A DNA stretch of 64,000 bases from an uncultured beta proteobacterium (lineage in GTDB: Bacteria > Pseudomonadota > Gammaproteobacteria > Burkholderiales > Burkholderiaceae_D), in the NCBI GenBank assembly GCA_963708665.1, contig CAVPTE010000008.1, forward strand, positions 912,750 through 976,749, in the 5' to 3' direction. Below the pieces are notes generated by a model that worked only from the letters and a program-made list of their open reading frames with translations, ran no database searches and was not told the DNA's origin. Position numbers and translations under genes: made by a program. This document shows, one piece after another, positions 35,439 to 47,458 of the stretch (positions are counted from its first letter, which is position 1; each line of letters starts with the position of its first letter).

Positions 35439-36394
35439 GTGTCGACCTCGGACGGTCGTCTCGACGAATTCGCGGCTGGCGCTTCGTCGCGACGGTGGGC
35501 GGGATGGCTCGCGCACGTCGCGCTCGGCCTCGCGATCGTCGCGCGGCATCTTCCCGTTCCGAGCGACGTCGCGGCACGCGTCGCTGATCCGCTGGTGGTC
35601 CGCGCGGCTGCTCGCGATCATGAACGTGCGGCTCGTCGTCGTGCCGCCCGATCGGCGCGCGCGGCCGCGCACGCGCCGACGTCGTCGACGACGCGATCGC
35701 GGCCCGGCGGCGCGCGGCGCGATGCTGGTGCTGAACCACGTGTCGTGGCTCGACGTCTTCGTCGTCCACGCGCTCCGGCCCGCGCATTTCATCGCGAAGG
35801 CCGAGATCGGCGCGCGTGGCCGCTGCTCGGCTACCTCGTCGACCGGACCGGCGCGATCTTCATCGAGCGCGGCAAGCGGCACGCGGTCCGCGAGGTCGAA
35901 CCAGCGGATCGCGAACGCTGCTCGGCGCCGGCGAGCTCGTCGGCATGTTCCCCGAAGGGACCGTCGCGCGACGGCGCGCCGGCTGCTGCCGTTCCACGGC
36001 AACCTGGTCCAGCCCGCGATCGATGCCGGCGCGCCGATCGTCGTCGCCGGCCTGCGCTATCGCGACGCGGCCGGCGTGCGCACGACCGCGACGCTGTACG
36101 TCGGCGACATCACGATCGTCGAGTCGATGCTGCGCATCGCGCGCGAGCGGTCCGTGACGGCCGAGCTGCGCCTGATCGACGCGATCGTCGCGGGCGGCGC
36201 GTCGCGACACGACGTCGGTCGTCGGGCGCGCGCGATGATCGCGGCGGCGCTCGGCCTCGACGACGCGGCGCACGAGGCGGCCGAGGGCCTGTCGTCGATC
36301 GCCGTCGCCGACCGGCTTCGGCGTCAGCCGGGCGCCATCGCTTGCGGGCACGGGACCTGGAACACTGCTCGATCCTCGAGACGAACTGCTGTGA
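35439..36394 (+). CDS. 1-acyl-sn-glycerol-3-phosphate acyltransferase (frameshifted; ends uncertain)
   Basis: [35 protein letters not shown]. Confidence 0.85.
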
Positions 36395-37196
36395 GCGCGC
36401 CGCCCCACACGCAACCGGTGTCGAGCGCGATCACGCCGCCCGGGCCCCCGTCGTCGTTCGCGCGCATCAGCAGGCCGAGCGTCGACCAGTGGCCGACCAC
36501 GAGCAGCGCGTCGCGCGTGCGTCGCCCGGGCACGTCGAACCACGGCATGAAGCCCTCGGGCGGCGGCGGGAAGCTCGACCCGGCCAGCGCCGGCGCGTCC
36601 TTCGCCTTGAAGTCGATGCGTCCGTCGGCCGAGCAGAAGCGCAGCCGCGTCAGCACGTTGACGATCGCGCGCAGTCGGTCTGCTCCGGCAAGGTCGTCGC
36701 GCCAACGATCCGGCTCGTTGCCGAACATCGTCGCGAGCGCCTCGCGCCAACCGTCGGAGCGCAGCGCCGCTTCGAGCTCGGCCGCGCGTCGCATCGTGTC
36801 GTCGGCATTCCAGCCGGGGAGCACGCCGGCATGGACCATCAGCACGTCGGCGTCGCCGAGCGTCGCGCGATGGGCCATCGGCCGGTGCCGCAGCCAGTCG
36901 AGCAGCGCGTCCGCGTCGGGCGCCGAGAGCAACGCATCGAGCGTGTCGTCGCGGCCGGCGCGGCGGACGCCGGCCGCCACCGCGAGTAGGTGCAGGTCGT
37001 GATTGCCGAGCACGACGGCCGCCGCGTCGCCGAGACCGACGACGCGTCGCAGCGCGCCGAGCGAGTCCGGCCCGCGATTGACGAGGTCGCCGACGAGCCA
37101 CGCCCGGTCGTGCGCCGGGTCGAAGCGCACGTGGTCGAGCAGCGCGTCGAACGAGGCGGCGCAGCCTTGCAGGTCGCCGATGGCGTAGGTCGACAT
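36324..37196 (-). CDS. apaH: symmetrical bis(5'-nucleosyl)-tetraphosphatase
   Basis: [51 protein letters not shown]. Confidence 0.96.
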   Translation of the reverse strand: MSTYAIGDLQGCAASFDALLDHVRFDPAHDRAWLVGDLVNRGPDSLGALRRVVGLGDAAAVVLGNHDLHLLAVAAGVRRAGRDDTLDALLSAPDADALLDWLRHRPMAHRATLGDADVLMVHAGVLPGWNADDTMRRAAELEAALRSDGWREALATMFGNEPDRWRDDLAGADRLRAIVNVLTRLRFCSADGRIDFKAKDAPALAGSSFPPPPEGFMPWFDVPGRRTRDALLVVGHWSTLGLLMRANDDGGPGGVIALDTGCVWGGALTAVRLEDRAVFQVPCPQAMAPG

Positions 37197-37288
37197 GACG
37201 GACGGCCGCTCGAAGGAACGGCGATGCGCGAACGGCGCGGGGTCGCGGACTATAACGCGCGACGCGCCGCCGTCTCCGAAGCGGCTCC

Positions 37289-38457
37289 ATGAGCCGGCTC
37301 GGCGAGCCGGCTCGTCACGATCGGCCGCGCGCTCGGCTCGCTCGCGTCGCGCCGGCGACGGCCCGACGAGCCGGTTCGCCGACTGCTCGTCGCGCACGAC
37401 CTGCTGCTCGGCGACACGATCCTGCTCGCGCCGCTGCTGAAGGCGCTCGCGGCGCGGCATCCCGACGCCGAGCGCGTCGTGCTCGTGCGCCCGGCGTTCA
37501 TGCCGCTGTTCGCGGGGCGCCCGTACGGGGCGACGCCGATGCCGTTCGTCCGTCGCGACGGTGCGAGTCAGCGCGCGGTCATCGACAGCGGGCCGTACGA
37601 CCTCGCGATCGTTCCCGACGACAACCGCTACGCGTGGCTCGCGCGTGCGGCCGGCGCGCGACGCGTCGTCGGCTTCGCGAACGACCGGCCGGCGTGGAAG
37701 AACCGGATGCTCGATCGCGCGGTGCCGTATCCGGACGCGCCCGGCGCGTGGGCCGACATCGCGGCGACGCACCTGTGCGACGACGGCGTCGCGCCCGAGC
37801 CCGCGCCGTTCGCGGCCGGCGAATGGCCGGCGCCGCCCGGCGGCGCCGAGCGGCCGATGCGGCCGTACGCGGTGCTGCACGTCGGCGCGAGCACGCCGCT
37901 GAAGCAGTGGCCGGCCGCGCGCTGGCGCTCGGTCGCCGACGGGCTCGCCGCCGACGGCCTCGCGATCGTGTGGAGCGGCGGCGCCGGCGAGCGCCGCGTC
38001 GTCGAGGACGTCGGCCCGCGCGACGACGAGCTCGACCTCGTCGGACGGCTCGACCTCGCGCAGCTCTGGCACCTGCTCGCCGGCGCGCGGCTGCTGCTGT
38101 GTCCCGACACCGGCATCGCGCATCTCGCGCGCCTCGTCGGGGTGCCGACCGTCGCGCTGTACGGGCCCGGCTCGCGGATCGTGCACGGCCCGGGGCGCTT
38201 CTGGGCCGATGCGCCGTTCGAAGCCGCGACGGTCGACGACTTCCCGTGCCGCGACCAGCACGTGCTGTATCGACGCGACGTCGCGTGGGTGCGCCGCTGC
38301 GGGCGCCGCTACGACGCCGGCGGCGGCGCCGTCCGGCGCGAGCGACCCGGACGCGTGCGGCCGCGCGCTGTGCATGGAGGCGATCGACGAGCGCGTCGTC
38401 GTCGACGCCTCGCGGCTGCGCCTCACTTCGCGCCGTATCCCGTCGCGACCGTCATGA
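37289..38457 (+). CDS. glycosyltransferase family 9 (heptosyltransferase-like; frameshifts near both ends)
   Basis: [55 protein letters not shown]-term CMEAI. Confidence 0.85.
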
Positions 38458-39730
38458 TCGTCCGCAGCCCGATCACGAGGTCGAGCGCGAACGACAGGTG
38501 CTTGACGTAGTAGAGGTCGAACTCGAGCTTGATCCGCGCGTCGGCGACGTCGGTCACGTGGCCCTGGTTGACCTGCGCCCAGCCGGTGATGCCCGGACGC
38601 ACGAGATGACGGTACGGGTAGTGCGCGATCAGCTCGAAGAACTCGGCCGCCGTCTCGCTCCATTCGGGCCGCGGGCCGATCAGGCTCATCGTCCCGTCGA
38701 GCACGTTGATCAGCTGCGGCAGCTCGTCGAGGCGGAACTTGCGCAGCCGCGCGCCGAGCGGCGTGATGCGGCCGAGCGTCGCGACGGCCGGATCGTCCGG
38801 CTCGCGCATCGTGCGGAACTTCAGCATCTCGAACGGCTGCCCGTGCAGGCCGATGCGGCGCTGCCGGAACAGCGCCGGCCCCGGCGAACCGGCGCGGATC
38901 GCGATCGCGATCGCGAGCATCGGCAGACCCGCCGCCGCGAGCAGGACGAGCGCGCCGAGGACGTCGAGCGCCCGCTTGATCGGACCGTAAAGAATCTTTC
39001 CGGACGAATCGTCGAGGAAGCTGTCCTCGGTCTGTTGCAGCGACAGACGGCCGGTCAGGAGTTCGTGGACGTGGTCGGCCGAGTAGATGCGCACGCCGCG
39101 AAGCTTCAGCGCGCTGATCAGCCGCTTCAGGCGGTCGTCCTTGTTCGAGTAGCGGTCGATGACGACGCCGTCGAGCAGCGTCAGCTGGTCGAGGTCGTGC
39201 GCCGCGACGAGCTCGGCGCGCACGTGCGACAGCGGCGACTCGACCGCCGTCCGCGCGGCCGACAGCAGCTGCAGGACTTCGGGCTCGCAGACGCCGAGCC
39301 GCAGCACGTGGCCGCGGATCAGCAGACGCACGCCGACGATCAGCCACAGCGTCTCGCCGACGAACGCCGCGCCGACGACGACGCGCGAGTAGAAGCCGTG
39401 CGTCACGCCGAAGAACGCGACCAGCAGCGCGAACACGACCGCCGTCGAGAACACGATCCAGATGCTACCTTCGGTCGCCGGCGTGTGGATGAAGCGGTCG
39501 ACGAGCAGCGTCGCCGGGATCCACGCGCCGACGCACCACCACATCGTGGCGAGCGTGATGCGATCGAGCTCGACGTCGCCGTAGACGATCTGCGCGACCG
39601 TCGCGATGCAGGCCGCGATCAGCAGACCGGCGCCGGACCATCGCAGCATCGCCACGCGGCGGCGCGCGCCCTCGGCGAGCCGAGGCGCCGTCGTCAGCGG
39701 ACCGTCGACCGGTTTCATGGACGTCAGCAT
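38423..39730 (-). CDS. priming polyprenyl-phosphate glycosylphosphotransferase (WbaP/WcaJ-like)
   Basis: N-terminal TMs, [46 protein letters not shown]. Confidence 0.93.
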   Translation of the reverse strand: MLTSMKPVDGPLTTAPRLAEGARRRVAMLRWSGAGLLIAACIATVAQIVYGDVELDRITLATMWWCVGAWIPATLLVDRFIHTPATEGSIWIVFSTAVVFALLVAFFGVTHGFYSRVVVGAAFVGETLWLIVGVRLLIRGHVLRLGVCEPEVLQLLSAARTAVESPLSHVRAELVAAHDLDQLTLLDGVVIDRYSNKDDRLKRLISALKLRGVRIYSADHVHELLTGRLSLQQTEDSFLDDSSGKILYGPIKRALDVLGALVLLAAAGLPMLAIAIAIRAGSPGPALFRQRRIGLHGQPFEMLKFRTMREPDDPAVATLGRITPLGARLRKFRLDELPQLINVLDGTMSLIGPRPEWSETAAEFFELIAHYPYRHLVRPGITGWAQVNQGHVTDVADARIKLEFDLYYVKHLSFALDLVIGLRTIMTVATGYGAK

Positions 39731-40896
39731 ACGGCCGCCGCGCGCGACGGGTCCGCGCTCTCCTCGGTGCCGAGCACCGCGTGATACATGGCGATCGTCG
39801 CCGCGATCATCGCGTCCATCGAGAACCGCTCGGCCACGCGTCGCCGGCCCGCGTCGCCGAGCCGCGACCGCAGCGCCGGATCGTCGAGCAGGCGCGTCAG
39901 CGCGCGCGCGAGCGCGGGCGCGTCGCCGGGCAGCACCGTCAGCGCGCAGACGCCGTCGGGCGCGACCTCGTTGACGGCGTTGTCGAGCCGGCAGTTGACG
40001 ATCGGCCGGCCGGCGGCCATCGCCTCGACCTGCACGAGCCCGAACGCCTCGCTCGTCGCGAGCGACGGCAGGCAATAGACCGACGAGGCGTGGTAGTAGG
40101 CCGGCAGGTCGTCGTCGTCGATGCGGCCGACGAAGCGCACGCGGTCGGAGACCGGTAGCGCGCCGGCGCGCGCGCGCAACGCGTCGCCGAGCGGGCCCTC
40201 GCCGCCGAGCAGCAGCAGCGCGTCGACGTCGCGCATCGCGTCGATCAGCGTCTCGAAGCCCTTGTAGTAGACATGGCGTCCGAGCGCGAACACGATCGGC
40301 CGTCCCCCCGCCGTGGCGCGCAGCCGCTCGGCCGCGGCGCGCACGCGCGGCGTCTCCGCGAAGCGCGTCGCGTCGACGCCGTACGGCACGACGTGCCGCT
40401 GCCGCGGCCGGAAGTCGTCGATCTGCGGGCTCTCGAGATGCGACACCGTCGCGCCGGCGACCGCGTCGAGCGGATCGAAGAACGTCCGCGCGGCGAAGCC
40501 GTAGACCCGGCCGAAGACGCGCTGCCGCACGATGTCGCTGTGCCACGACGCGATGCGCGCGGCGCGTCCGGCCGCCGGCAGGCACGCGAACGCGAGCGGG
40601 TCGGGGAAGTGCGCCTGCGCGACGTCGAACGGCCCGCGGCGGACGAGTCGCGCGACGGTGCCGGGCACCGCCGGCGCGATCGGCAGGCTCGCGACCGTGC
40701 CTCGGCACGGGACCGATACGATGGTCACGCCGCCGACGCGGCTCTCGACGACGCCGCCCGACGTGCGACCGAGGTCGTAGACGAGGTTCGTCACGTCGAG
40801 CCCGGCGGCCGCGAGGCCTTCGGTCAGTCCCTTGACGTGGGTCTCGATGCCGCCGAAGTGTCGCGCCGCGAACTTGCCGAAGTGCAGGACGCGCAT
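39724..40896 (-). CDS. GT4 glycosyltransferase (WbpZ-like)
   Basis: MRVLHFGK, HFPDP, WHSDIVRQ, GRHVYYKG, PS..TSEAFGLVQVEAM. Confidence 0.88.
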   Translation of the reverse strand: MRVLHFGKFAARHFGGIETHVKGLTEGLAAAGLDVTNLVYDLGRTSGGVVESRVGGVTIVSVPCRGTVASLPIAPAVPGTVARLVRRGPFDVAQAHFPDPLAFACLPAAGRAARIASWHSDIVRQRVFGRVYGFAARTFFDPLDAVAGATVSHLESPQIDDFRPRQRHVVPYGVDATRFAETPRVRAAAERLRATAGGRPIVFALGRHVYYKGFETLIDAMRDVDALLLLGGEGPLGDALRARAGALPVSDRVRFVGRIDDDDLPAYYHASSVYCLPSLATSEAFGLVQVEAMAAGRPIVNCRLDNAVNEVAPDGVCALTVLPGDAPALARALTRLLDDPALRSRLGDAGRRRVAERFSMDAMIAATIAMYHAVLGTEESADPSRAAAVC

Positions 40897-40901
40897 CGCG
40901 G

Positions 40902-42108
40902 TCAGGCGCGGCCCGCCGCCTGGCGATACGCCTGCGCCGTGAGGCGGCCGCAGCGCTCCCACGTCAGCGTCTGCGCCTGCGCGATGCCGGCCGCCGAGCG
41001 ACGCGCGCGCTCGTCGGCGTCCTGCAGCAGCTCGACGATCGCATGCCGCATCCCGTCGACGTCCTCCGGCGTGATCGTGATGCCGGCGTCGCCGACGACC
41101 TCGGGCAACGACGCGCGATCGGAGACGATCACCGGCACGCCGCTCGCCATCGCCTCGGCCGCCGGCAGCCCGAAGCCTTCGTACAGCGACGGGTACACGA
41201 AGAGGCGCGCGGCGCTGTAGACGACCGGCAGGTCGTCGTCGGAGACGTAGCCGAGATGCTTCGCGCGACCGTTCGCGAGCAGCGCGTTGAGCTCCATGTC
41301 GGTCGCCTCCGACTTCCAGCCCTTGCCGCCGACGATCACGAGCGGGAAGCGTCGCGCGAGCTTCGTCGGCATGCCGACGTACGCGCGGATCGCCTGCAGC
41401 AGGTTCTTGCGCGGCTCGAGCGTGCCGACGGCGAGGACGTAGCTTCCGTAGTCGAGCCCGTAGCGCCGCAGCGTGGCGTCGCAGGTCGTCGCGTCGCGCG
41501 GCACGAACGCGTTCGAGACGCCGAGCAGCGTCGTCGTGATGCGGTCCGCCGCGACGCCGAATTCCGAGATGACTTCCTGTCGCGTGAACTCCGAGTCGGC
41601 GAGCAGATGCGTCGCACGCTCGATCGCCGGCGGCAGCAGCTTGTTCATGATCCGCACGCGCAGATCGGGATGCGTCTCCGGATAGCGCAGGTACGACAGG
41701 TCGTGGATCGTCAGTACCACCGGACCGTCGAAGCGGAACGGCAGGAAGTTCGGCTCGTGGTACAGCGCCGGGCGCCGCTCGCGGACGCCGGCGTCGAAGC
41801 GGTTCTGCTGGATCGCGCGGCTGAACTCGTACGGCCGCGGCACGAAGCGCTTGACCCACTTCTTCGCGAGCGCGACGCGCGGCACCTCGCGCGGCTCGGC
41901 GACGTCGGTCCACTCGTAGCCGTAGAAGTAGTGCATCGACAGGTCGGGCTCGCGCGCGAGCGCCTGCGCGACGTGCAGCGTGTACTGACCGATGCCGGTC
42001 AGCGGCCGGATCAGGCTCGACGTGCTGAGCGCGACCGACAGCCGGTCGTCGCCCGCGGCGTGACGCGCGAGCCGCGCCGCCGGCGTCAGCGGGAGGCGGA
42101 TGAGCCAT
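40902..42108 (-). CDS. GT4 glycosyltransferase (WbpY/WbdB-like; start uncertain)
   Basis: PLTGIGQY, LYHEPNF, TIHDLS, VGTLEPRKNL, YPSLYEGFGLP..EAMASG. Confidence 0.9.
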
Positions 42109-43708
42109 GGCGCGTGCGGAGGAACAGGTGGACGAGGAGCTCGCGCTCCGCGACGCGGCCGAACGACATCAGCCAGAGGCCGGCGAACGCCACGACCGCG
42201 AGGCCGCCGAGCGCGAACAGCGAGATCCATCCGGCCACCGCGCCGGCTGCCGCCGCCGTCGCCACGCCGACGGGGACGCCGATCGCGACGATCCGCGCGA
42301 CCAGCGGCCACGACGCGCGTCGCGCCGCGGGTCCGATGCGTCGCGCGATCAGGTCGTTGAAGACGAGCGACTGCGTCATGCCGATGACCGCGGCGCCGGC
42401 CGCGCCGGGCGCGCCGTAACGTGGCGCGAGCAGCCAGACCGCGACCAGCGTGACCGTGCCGCCGAGCAGGGCGAACGCGGCCGGCAGCGCGACCTCGCCG
42501 ATCCCGACGGCGACGTTCGACGCGACGACCGAGCTCGCGGTGATCGCGTAGCCGACCGTCAGCAGCCGGAACGTCAGCGCGTAGTCGTTCGCGAACGCCG
42601 GGCCGATCCAGATGCGCAGGAACGCCGGCGCGAGCGCGATCAGCGGGATCGCGAGCGCGGCCGCGATCAGCAGGCAGATGCGCGTCGCGAACGCGTACGT
42701 GTTCTCGACGCGTTCCAGATCGCCTTCGGCATGCAGCCGCGCGGCGCGCGGGAACGTGAACGTCGCGCCCGACGCGATGACGAGCAGGATCTTGTTCGCG
42801 ATGCTCGTGCAGATCGCGTAGGCGCCCGCGGCGGCCGGGGAGATCAGCGCCGACACGAGCAGCTTGTCGGCGTTGTAGGTCGCGAGCGAGCTCGCCTGTG
42901 CGACGAACGCGCCGGCGCCGAGGCGCAGGAACGGTCGCAGCAGCAGCGTTCGCGGCGGCGCGCCGGCCGGCCCGGACGGCAGCAACGCCAGCGGCGCGAC
43001 GGCAGGCGCGCCGACGCCGTCGACGCCGGTGACCGGGCCGCTCGCGACCTCGAGCGGCAGGCTGCCTTCCGGCGGCGTCGCATGCTCGCGCCGCGCGATC
43101 ACGTACAGCGCGACCGTGGCGACCGCGACCGTCACGGTCCCGAGCACGACGAGCTGCGTCAGCGTGCCGCCGCGCGGCGCCCACCAGGCGCATGCCGTCC
43201 AGTACACGATGCCGACGGTGACCTGCACCCGCGCCATCGATCCGTAGCGCTCGACGGCCCGCAGCGGCACGAGCGCCGCGCTGTTCGCGAGCGCGAGCGG
43301 CACGGCGAGCGCCGCCGCGCGATACACGGTCGCGTCGTCGGGCACGATCGTGTCGAGCTTCAGCGCCGCGGCGATGGCGGGGTGCGCCGCGTAGAAGATC
43401 GCGCCGAGCACCGCGCCCCAGCCGACGAGCAGCGCGAGCGCCTCGCGGAACAGCCGCCGCGCGCCGTCGCGGTCGCCGCGCGCCGCGTACTGCGTGAAGC
43501 CGCGCGTGGCGGCCGTCGACAGCCCGAGGTCGAGCTGTCCGGCGATCTGCGGCACGAGGTTGAACAGGATCAGCGCGCCGTACGCCTCGCGGCCGAGGGC
43601 GCGCAGCAGGATCGGCGTGACGACGAGCAGCAGCAGGAACGGAACGCCCTGCGCGGCGAGGTTCGCGACCGCGCCGCCGATCGTCCCGCCGAGGCGCGTC
43701 ATCCGCAT
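42086..43708 (-). CDS. Wzx-like oligosaccharide flippase (MOP family)
   Basis: Many hydrophobic helices, LGREAYG, LDLGL..A, NADKLLVS, YG..GAA.A. Confidence 0.82.
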   Translation of the reverse strand: MRMTRLGGTIGGAVANLAAQGVPFLLLLVVTPILLRALGREAYGALILFNLVPQIAGQLDLGLSTAATRGFTQYAARGDRDGARRLFREALALLVGWGAVLGAIFYAAHPAIAAALKLDTIVPDDATVYRAAALAVPLALANSAALVPLRAVERYGSMARVQVTVGIVYWTACAWWAPRGGTLTQLVVLGTVTVAVATVALYVIARREHATPPEGSLPLEVASGPVTGVDGVGAPAVAPLALLPSGPAGAPPRTLLLRPFLRLGAGAFVAQASSLATYNADKLLVSALISPAAAGAYAICTSIANKILLVIASGATFTFPRAARLHAEGDLERVENTYAFATRICLLIAAALAIPLIALAPAFLRIWIGPAFANDYALTFRLLTVGYAITASSVVASNVAVGIGEVALPAAFALLGGTVTLVAVWLLAPRYGAPGAAGAAVIGMTQSLVFNDLIARRIGPAARRASWPLVARIVAIGVPVGVATAAAAGAVAGWISLFALGGLAVVAFAGLWLMSFGRVAERELLVHLFLRTRHGSSASR

Positions 43709-43783
43709 CGCATGCGCGTCGTCTGCCGCTGCGGACCACCGGCGCGTGCGGCCGCGGTCACCGCTGGCCGGTTCGACCCGCGA

Positions 43784-44737
43784 TCAGCGGCGCGGTCCGA
43801 CGAGCTCGTCCAGGCACGCGTCGACGTCCTGCTGCCACGGCGGCGGCACGATGTCGAAGGTGCGGACGAATCGGTCATGGTCGAGCAGCGAATGGAGCGG
43901 GCGCTTCGCCGGCGTGAGATACGCGGCCGTGGTCGTCTCGGCCACCGCGTCCGGCGCGAGCGTCCAGCGGCCCGCGTCCGACCGCGCGTGAAGACCCGCG
44001 ATCACGTGCCTCGCGTACGCGTGCCACGTCGTCGCGCCGGCGGCGGTCGCATGATACGTGCCCCGCGTCGCCGCGACGCGCGCGATCATCGCGTCGATCG
44101 TCGTCGGCGTGTCCGCGTTGGCGTTCAGCATCGCGCCGATGAACGCCGCGAGCCGCTTCGCGTCGATCGGCGCGCCGTGCTGGTCCGCGACGACCGAGAT
44201 CGCGTCCTTCGTCTCGGCGAGCCGCATCATCGTCTTCAGGAAGTTCGCGCCGCTCGCCGAATAGACCCACGACGTGCGCAGGATCCAGTGCGCGACGCCG
44301 CTCGCGCGGATCGCGTCCTCGCCGGCGAGCTTCGTCGCGCCGTAGACCGACAGCGGGTTCGTCGGATCGTCCTCGCGATACGGCGTCGTGGCGGTCCCGT
44401 CGAACACGTAATCGGTCGACACGTGGACGAGCGCGCCGCCGCGCGCGGCCAGCCACTCGGCCATGAGGCCGGGCGCCGTCGCGTTGACCGCGTACGCGGC
44501 GTCGCGATCCGACTCGGCCCGATCGACGGCCGTGTACGCCGCCGCGTTGACGACGAGCGTCGGCGCGATCGCGTCGAGCGCGCGTCGCACGTCGTCGGGG
44601 TTCGCGAGGTCCATCGCGTCGCGGCCGACGAACGCGACGTCGGCGTCGACCGGCTTCCAGCGCTCGACCGACGCCTGCAGCGCGTGGCCGAGCTGACCGT
44701 TGACGCCGGTGACGAGGACGCGCGCGGCCGTTGTCAA
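43784..44737 (-). CDS. rfbD: dTDP-4-dehydrorhamnose reductase
   Basis: TGVNGQLG, NAAAYTAVDRAE, STDYVFDG, YGATKLAGE, LRTSWVY, PAKRP. Confidence 0.95.
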   Translation of the reverse strand: MTTAARVLVTGVNGQLGHALQASVERWKPVDADVAFVGRDAMDLANPDDVRRALDAIAPTLVVNAAAYTAVDRAESDRDAAYAVNATAPGLMAEWLAARGGALVHVSTDYVFDGTATTPYREDDPTNPLSVYGATKLAGEDAIRASGVAHWILRTSWVYSASGANFLKTMMRLAETKDAISVVADQHGAPIDAKRLAAFIGAMLNANADTPTTIDAMIARVAATRGTYHATAAGATTWHAYARHVIAGLHARSDAGRWTLAPDAVAETTTAAYLTPAKRPLHSLLDHDRFVRTFDIVPPPWQQDVDACLDELVGPRR

Positions 44738-45291
44738 TCGAACGTCTCCGCGTCGGCGAGCGGCTTGCCCGCGCGGTCCTTCGCCGCGAGCAGCGGCTCG
44801 CCGTCGAACGGCCACGCGATGCCGATCGCGGGATCGTTCCAGAGCAGCGTGCGCTCGTGTTCCGGCGCCCAGTAGTCGGTCGTCTTGTAGAGGAACTCGG
44901 CCGACTCGGACAGCGTGACGAAGCCGTGCGCGAAGCCCGGCGGGATCCACAGCTGCTTCTTGTTCGCGGCCGACAGCACGAGGCCGATCCAGCGGCCGAA
45001 CGTCGGCGACGATCGCCGCAGGTCGATCGCGACGTCGAACACCTCGCCGGCGGTCGCGCGCACCAGCTTTCCCTGCGGCTGCCGGATCTGGTAGTGCAGC
45101 CCGCGCAGCACGCCTTTCGACGAGCGCGAATGGTTGTCCTGCACGAACGCCGGCGACAGGCCGGTCAGGCTCTCGAACGTCTTCGCGTTGTAGCTCTCGA
45201 AGAAGAAGCCGCGGTCGTCGCCGAACACGGCCGGCTCGATGACGAGCACGCCGGGGAGCTCGGTCTCGGTGACGGTGGCGCGCGCGCTCAC
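44734..45291 (-). CDS. rfbC: dTDP-4-dehydrorhamnose 3,5-epimerase
   Basis: [45 protein letters not shown]. Confidence 0.96.
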   Translation of the reverse strand: MSARATVTETELPGVLVIEPAVFGDDRGFFFESYNAKTFESLTGLSPAFVQDNHSRSSKGVLRGLHYQIRQPQGKLVRATAGEVFDVAIDLRRSSPTFGRWIGLVLSAANKKQLWIPPGFAHGFVTLSESAEFLYKTTDYWAPEHERTLLWNDPAIGIAWPFDGEPLLAAKDRAGKPLADAETFD

Positions 45292-45358
45292 GGGATCGTC
45301 CTCGTCGTCGATGCCGCGACCATCGGCGTCCGCGTCGTCCGGATTCGAATCGTCGCGT

Positions 45359-46244
45359 TCATAGCACCGGATCGACGAGCAGCTGCAGCAGGTACTGCCC
45401 GTAGCCGGTCTTCTTCAGCGGCTCGGCGAGCGTCTCGATGTCGCCCGCGCCGATCCACTGCTGGCGGAACGCGATCTCCTCGGGGCACGCGACCATCAGC
45501 CCCTGCCGGCGCTGCAGCGTCGCGATGAACGCCGACGCCTCGAGCAGCGAGTCGTGCGTGCCGGTGTCGAGCCACGCGAAGCCGCGGCCCATGATCTCGA
45601 CGTCGAGCTGGCCCATCGACAGGTAGCGGCTGTTGACGTCGGTGATCTCGTATTCGCCGCGCGCCGACGGCGCGATGTCGGCCGCGATGTCGCAGACCTG
45701 GTCGTCGTAGAAGTACAGGCCGGTCACCGCGTAGTTCGAGCGCGGCGCGACCGGCTTCTCCTCGAGCGAGATCGCGCGCCTGTTCGCGTCGAACTCGACG
45801 ACGCCGTAGCGCTGCGGGTCGTGCACGTGATACGCGAACACGGTCGCGCCCGACTCGGCGGCGTTCGCGTTCGCGAGCTGGTGCGGCAGGTCGTGGCCGT
45901 AGAAGATGTTGTCGCCGAGGACCAGCGACGACGGCGCGCCGCCGACGAACGACGCGGCCGATCACGAACGCCTGCGCGAGGCCGTTCGGCACGTCCTGCA
46001 CGGCGTACGACAGCGAGATGCCCCACTGGCTGCCGTCGCCGAGCGTCGAGCGGAAGCGCGGCGTGTCGGACGGCGTCGAGATGATCAGCACGTCGCGGAT
46101 GCCGGCCATCATCAGCGTCGACAGCGGGTAGTAGATCATCGGCTTGTCGTACACCGGCAGCAGCTGCTTGCTGATCGCGTGCGTGATCGGATACAGCCGC
46201 GTGCCCGAGCCGCCGGCGAGGATGATGCCCTTGCGCGCCTTCAT
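45359..46244 (-). CDS. rfbA: glucose-1-phosphate thymidylyltransferase (frameshift ~45955)
   Basis: [61 protein letters not shown]. Confidence 0.96.
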
Positions 46245-47346
46245 GCCGCGCGGCCCGCGACGGCGGGCGCGGCGCCGGCGCCGCGGTCGGCGTACTGGCG
46301 CTCGATCCAGTGGCGATAGCTGCCGTCCTTGACGTGCGCGACCCAGTCCTGGTGGTCGAGATACCAGCGCACCGTGCGCTCGATGCCGGTCTCGAAGTTC
46401 TCGGCCGGCTTCCATCCGAGCTCGCGCGTGATCTTCGTCGCGTCGATCGCGTAGCGCCGGTCGTGTCCGGGCCGGTCCTTCACGAAGGTCACCTGCTCCG
46501 CGTACTGGCCCGACGCCTTCGGACGCAGCCGGTCGAGCGTCGCGCACAGCGCGCCGACGACCTCGAGGTTCGTCCGCTCGTTGTTGCCGCCGACGTTGTA
46601 GACCTCGCCGGGGACGCCCTTCGCGAGCACGAGCTCGATCGCAGCGCAGTGGTCGCCGACGTACAGCCAGTCGCGGACGTTGCGGCCGTCGCCGTAGATC
46701 GGCAGCGCCTTGCCGTCGAGCGCGTTCGAGATGGTCAGCGGGATCAGCTTCTCGGGGAACTGGAACGGCCCGTAGTTGTTCGAGCAGTTCGTCGTCAGCA
46801 CCGGCAGGCCGTACGTGTGGAAGTAGGCGCGCACGAGATGGTCCGACGCGGCCTTCGACGCCGAGTACGGACTGTTCGGCGCGTACGGCGTCGTCTCGCT
46901 GAACGCGGGATCGTCGGAACCGAGCGACCCGTACACCTCGTCGGTCGAGACATGCAGGAAGCGGAACGCGGACGCGTCGGTCGCCGGCAGCGCCTTCCAG
47001 TACGCGAGCGCGCATTGCAGCAGGTTGAACGTGCCGTTGACGTTCGTGCGGACGAACTCGGCCGGCCCGAGGATCGAGCGGTCGACGTGGCTCTCGGCCG
47101 CGAAGTGCACGATCGCGCGCGGCCGGTGCGCGGCGAACAGCGCGGCGATCGCCGCCTCGTCGCAGATGTCGACCTGCTCGAAGCGAAAGCCGTTCCGGCG
47201 CCGCGCGCCGTGACGTCGGCGAGGTTCTCGGCGTTGCCGGCGTACGTCAGCACGTCGATGTTGAGCACCGCCTCGTCGTGCTGCGCGGCCCAGGCCAGAA
47301 TGAAGTTCGATCCGATGAAGCCGGCACCGCCTGTCACGAAGATCAT
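46241..47346 (-). CDS. rfbB: dTDP-glucose 4,6-dehydratase (frameshift ~47195)
   Basis: [57 protein letters not shown]. Confidence 0.96.
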
Positions 47347-47458
47347 GGGGATCCCTGTGGGTGGGAATGGAAAACGTCATGCAAGGGCCGGGCCAGCGGC
47401 GCCCGCGCCCCGATGGTCGCCGAGCGGCATGACGACCCGGCGACGACGACGCCGCAAG

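Noticed and set aside
36324-36394. Convergent overlap of the acyltransferase and apaH 3' ends
   Set aside because: Short tail overlaps are common, and the exact end depends on uncertain frameshifts
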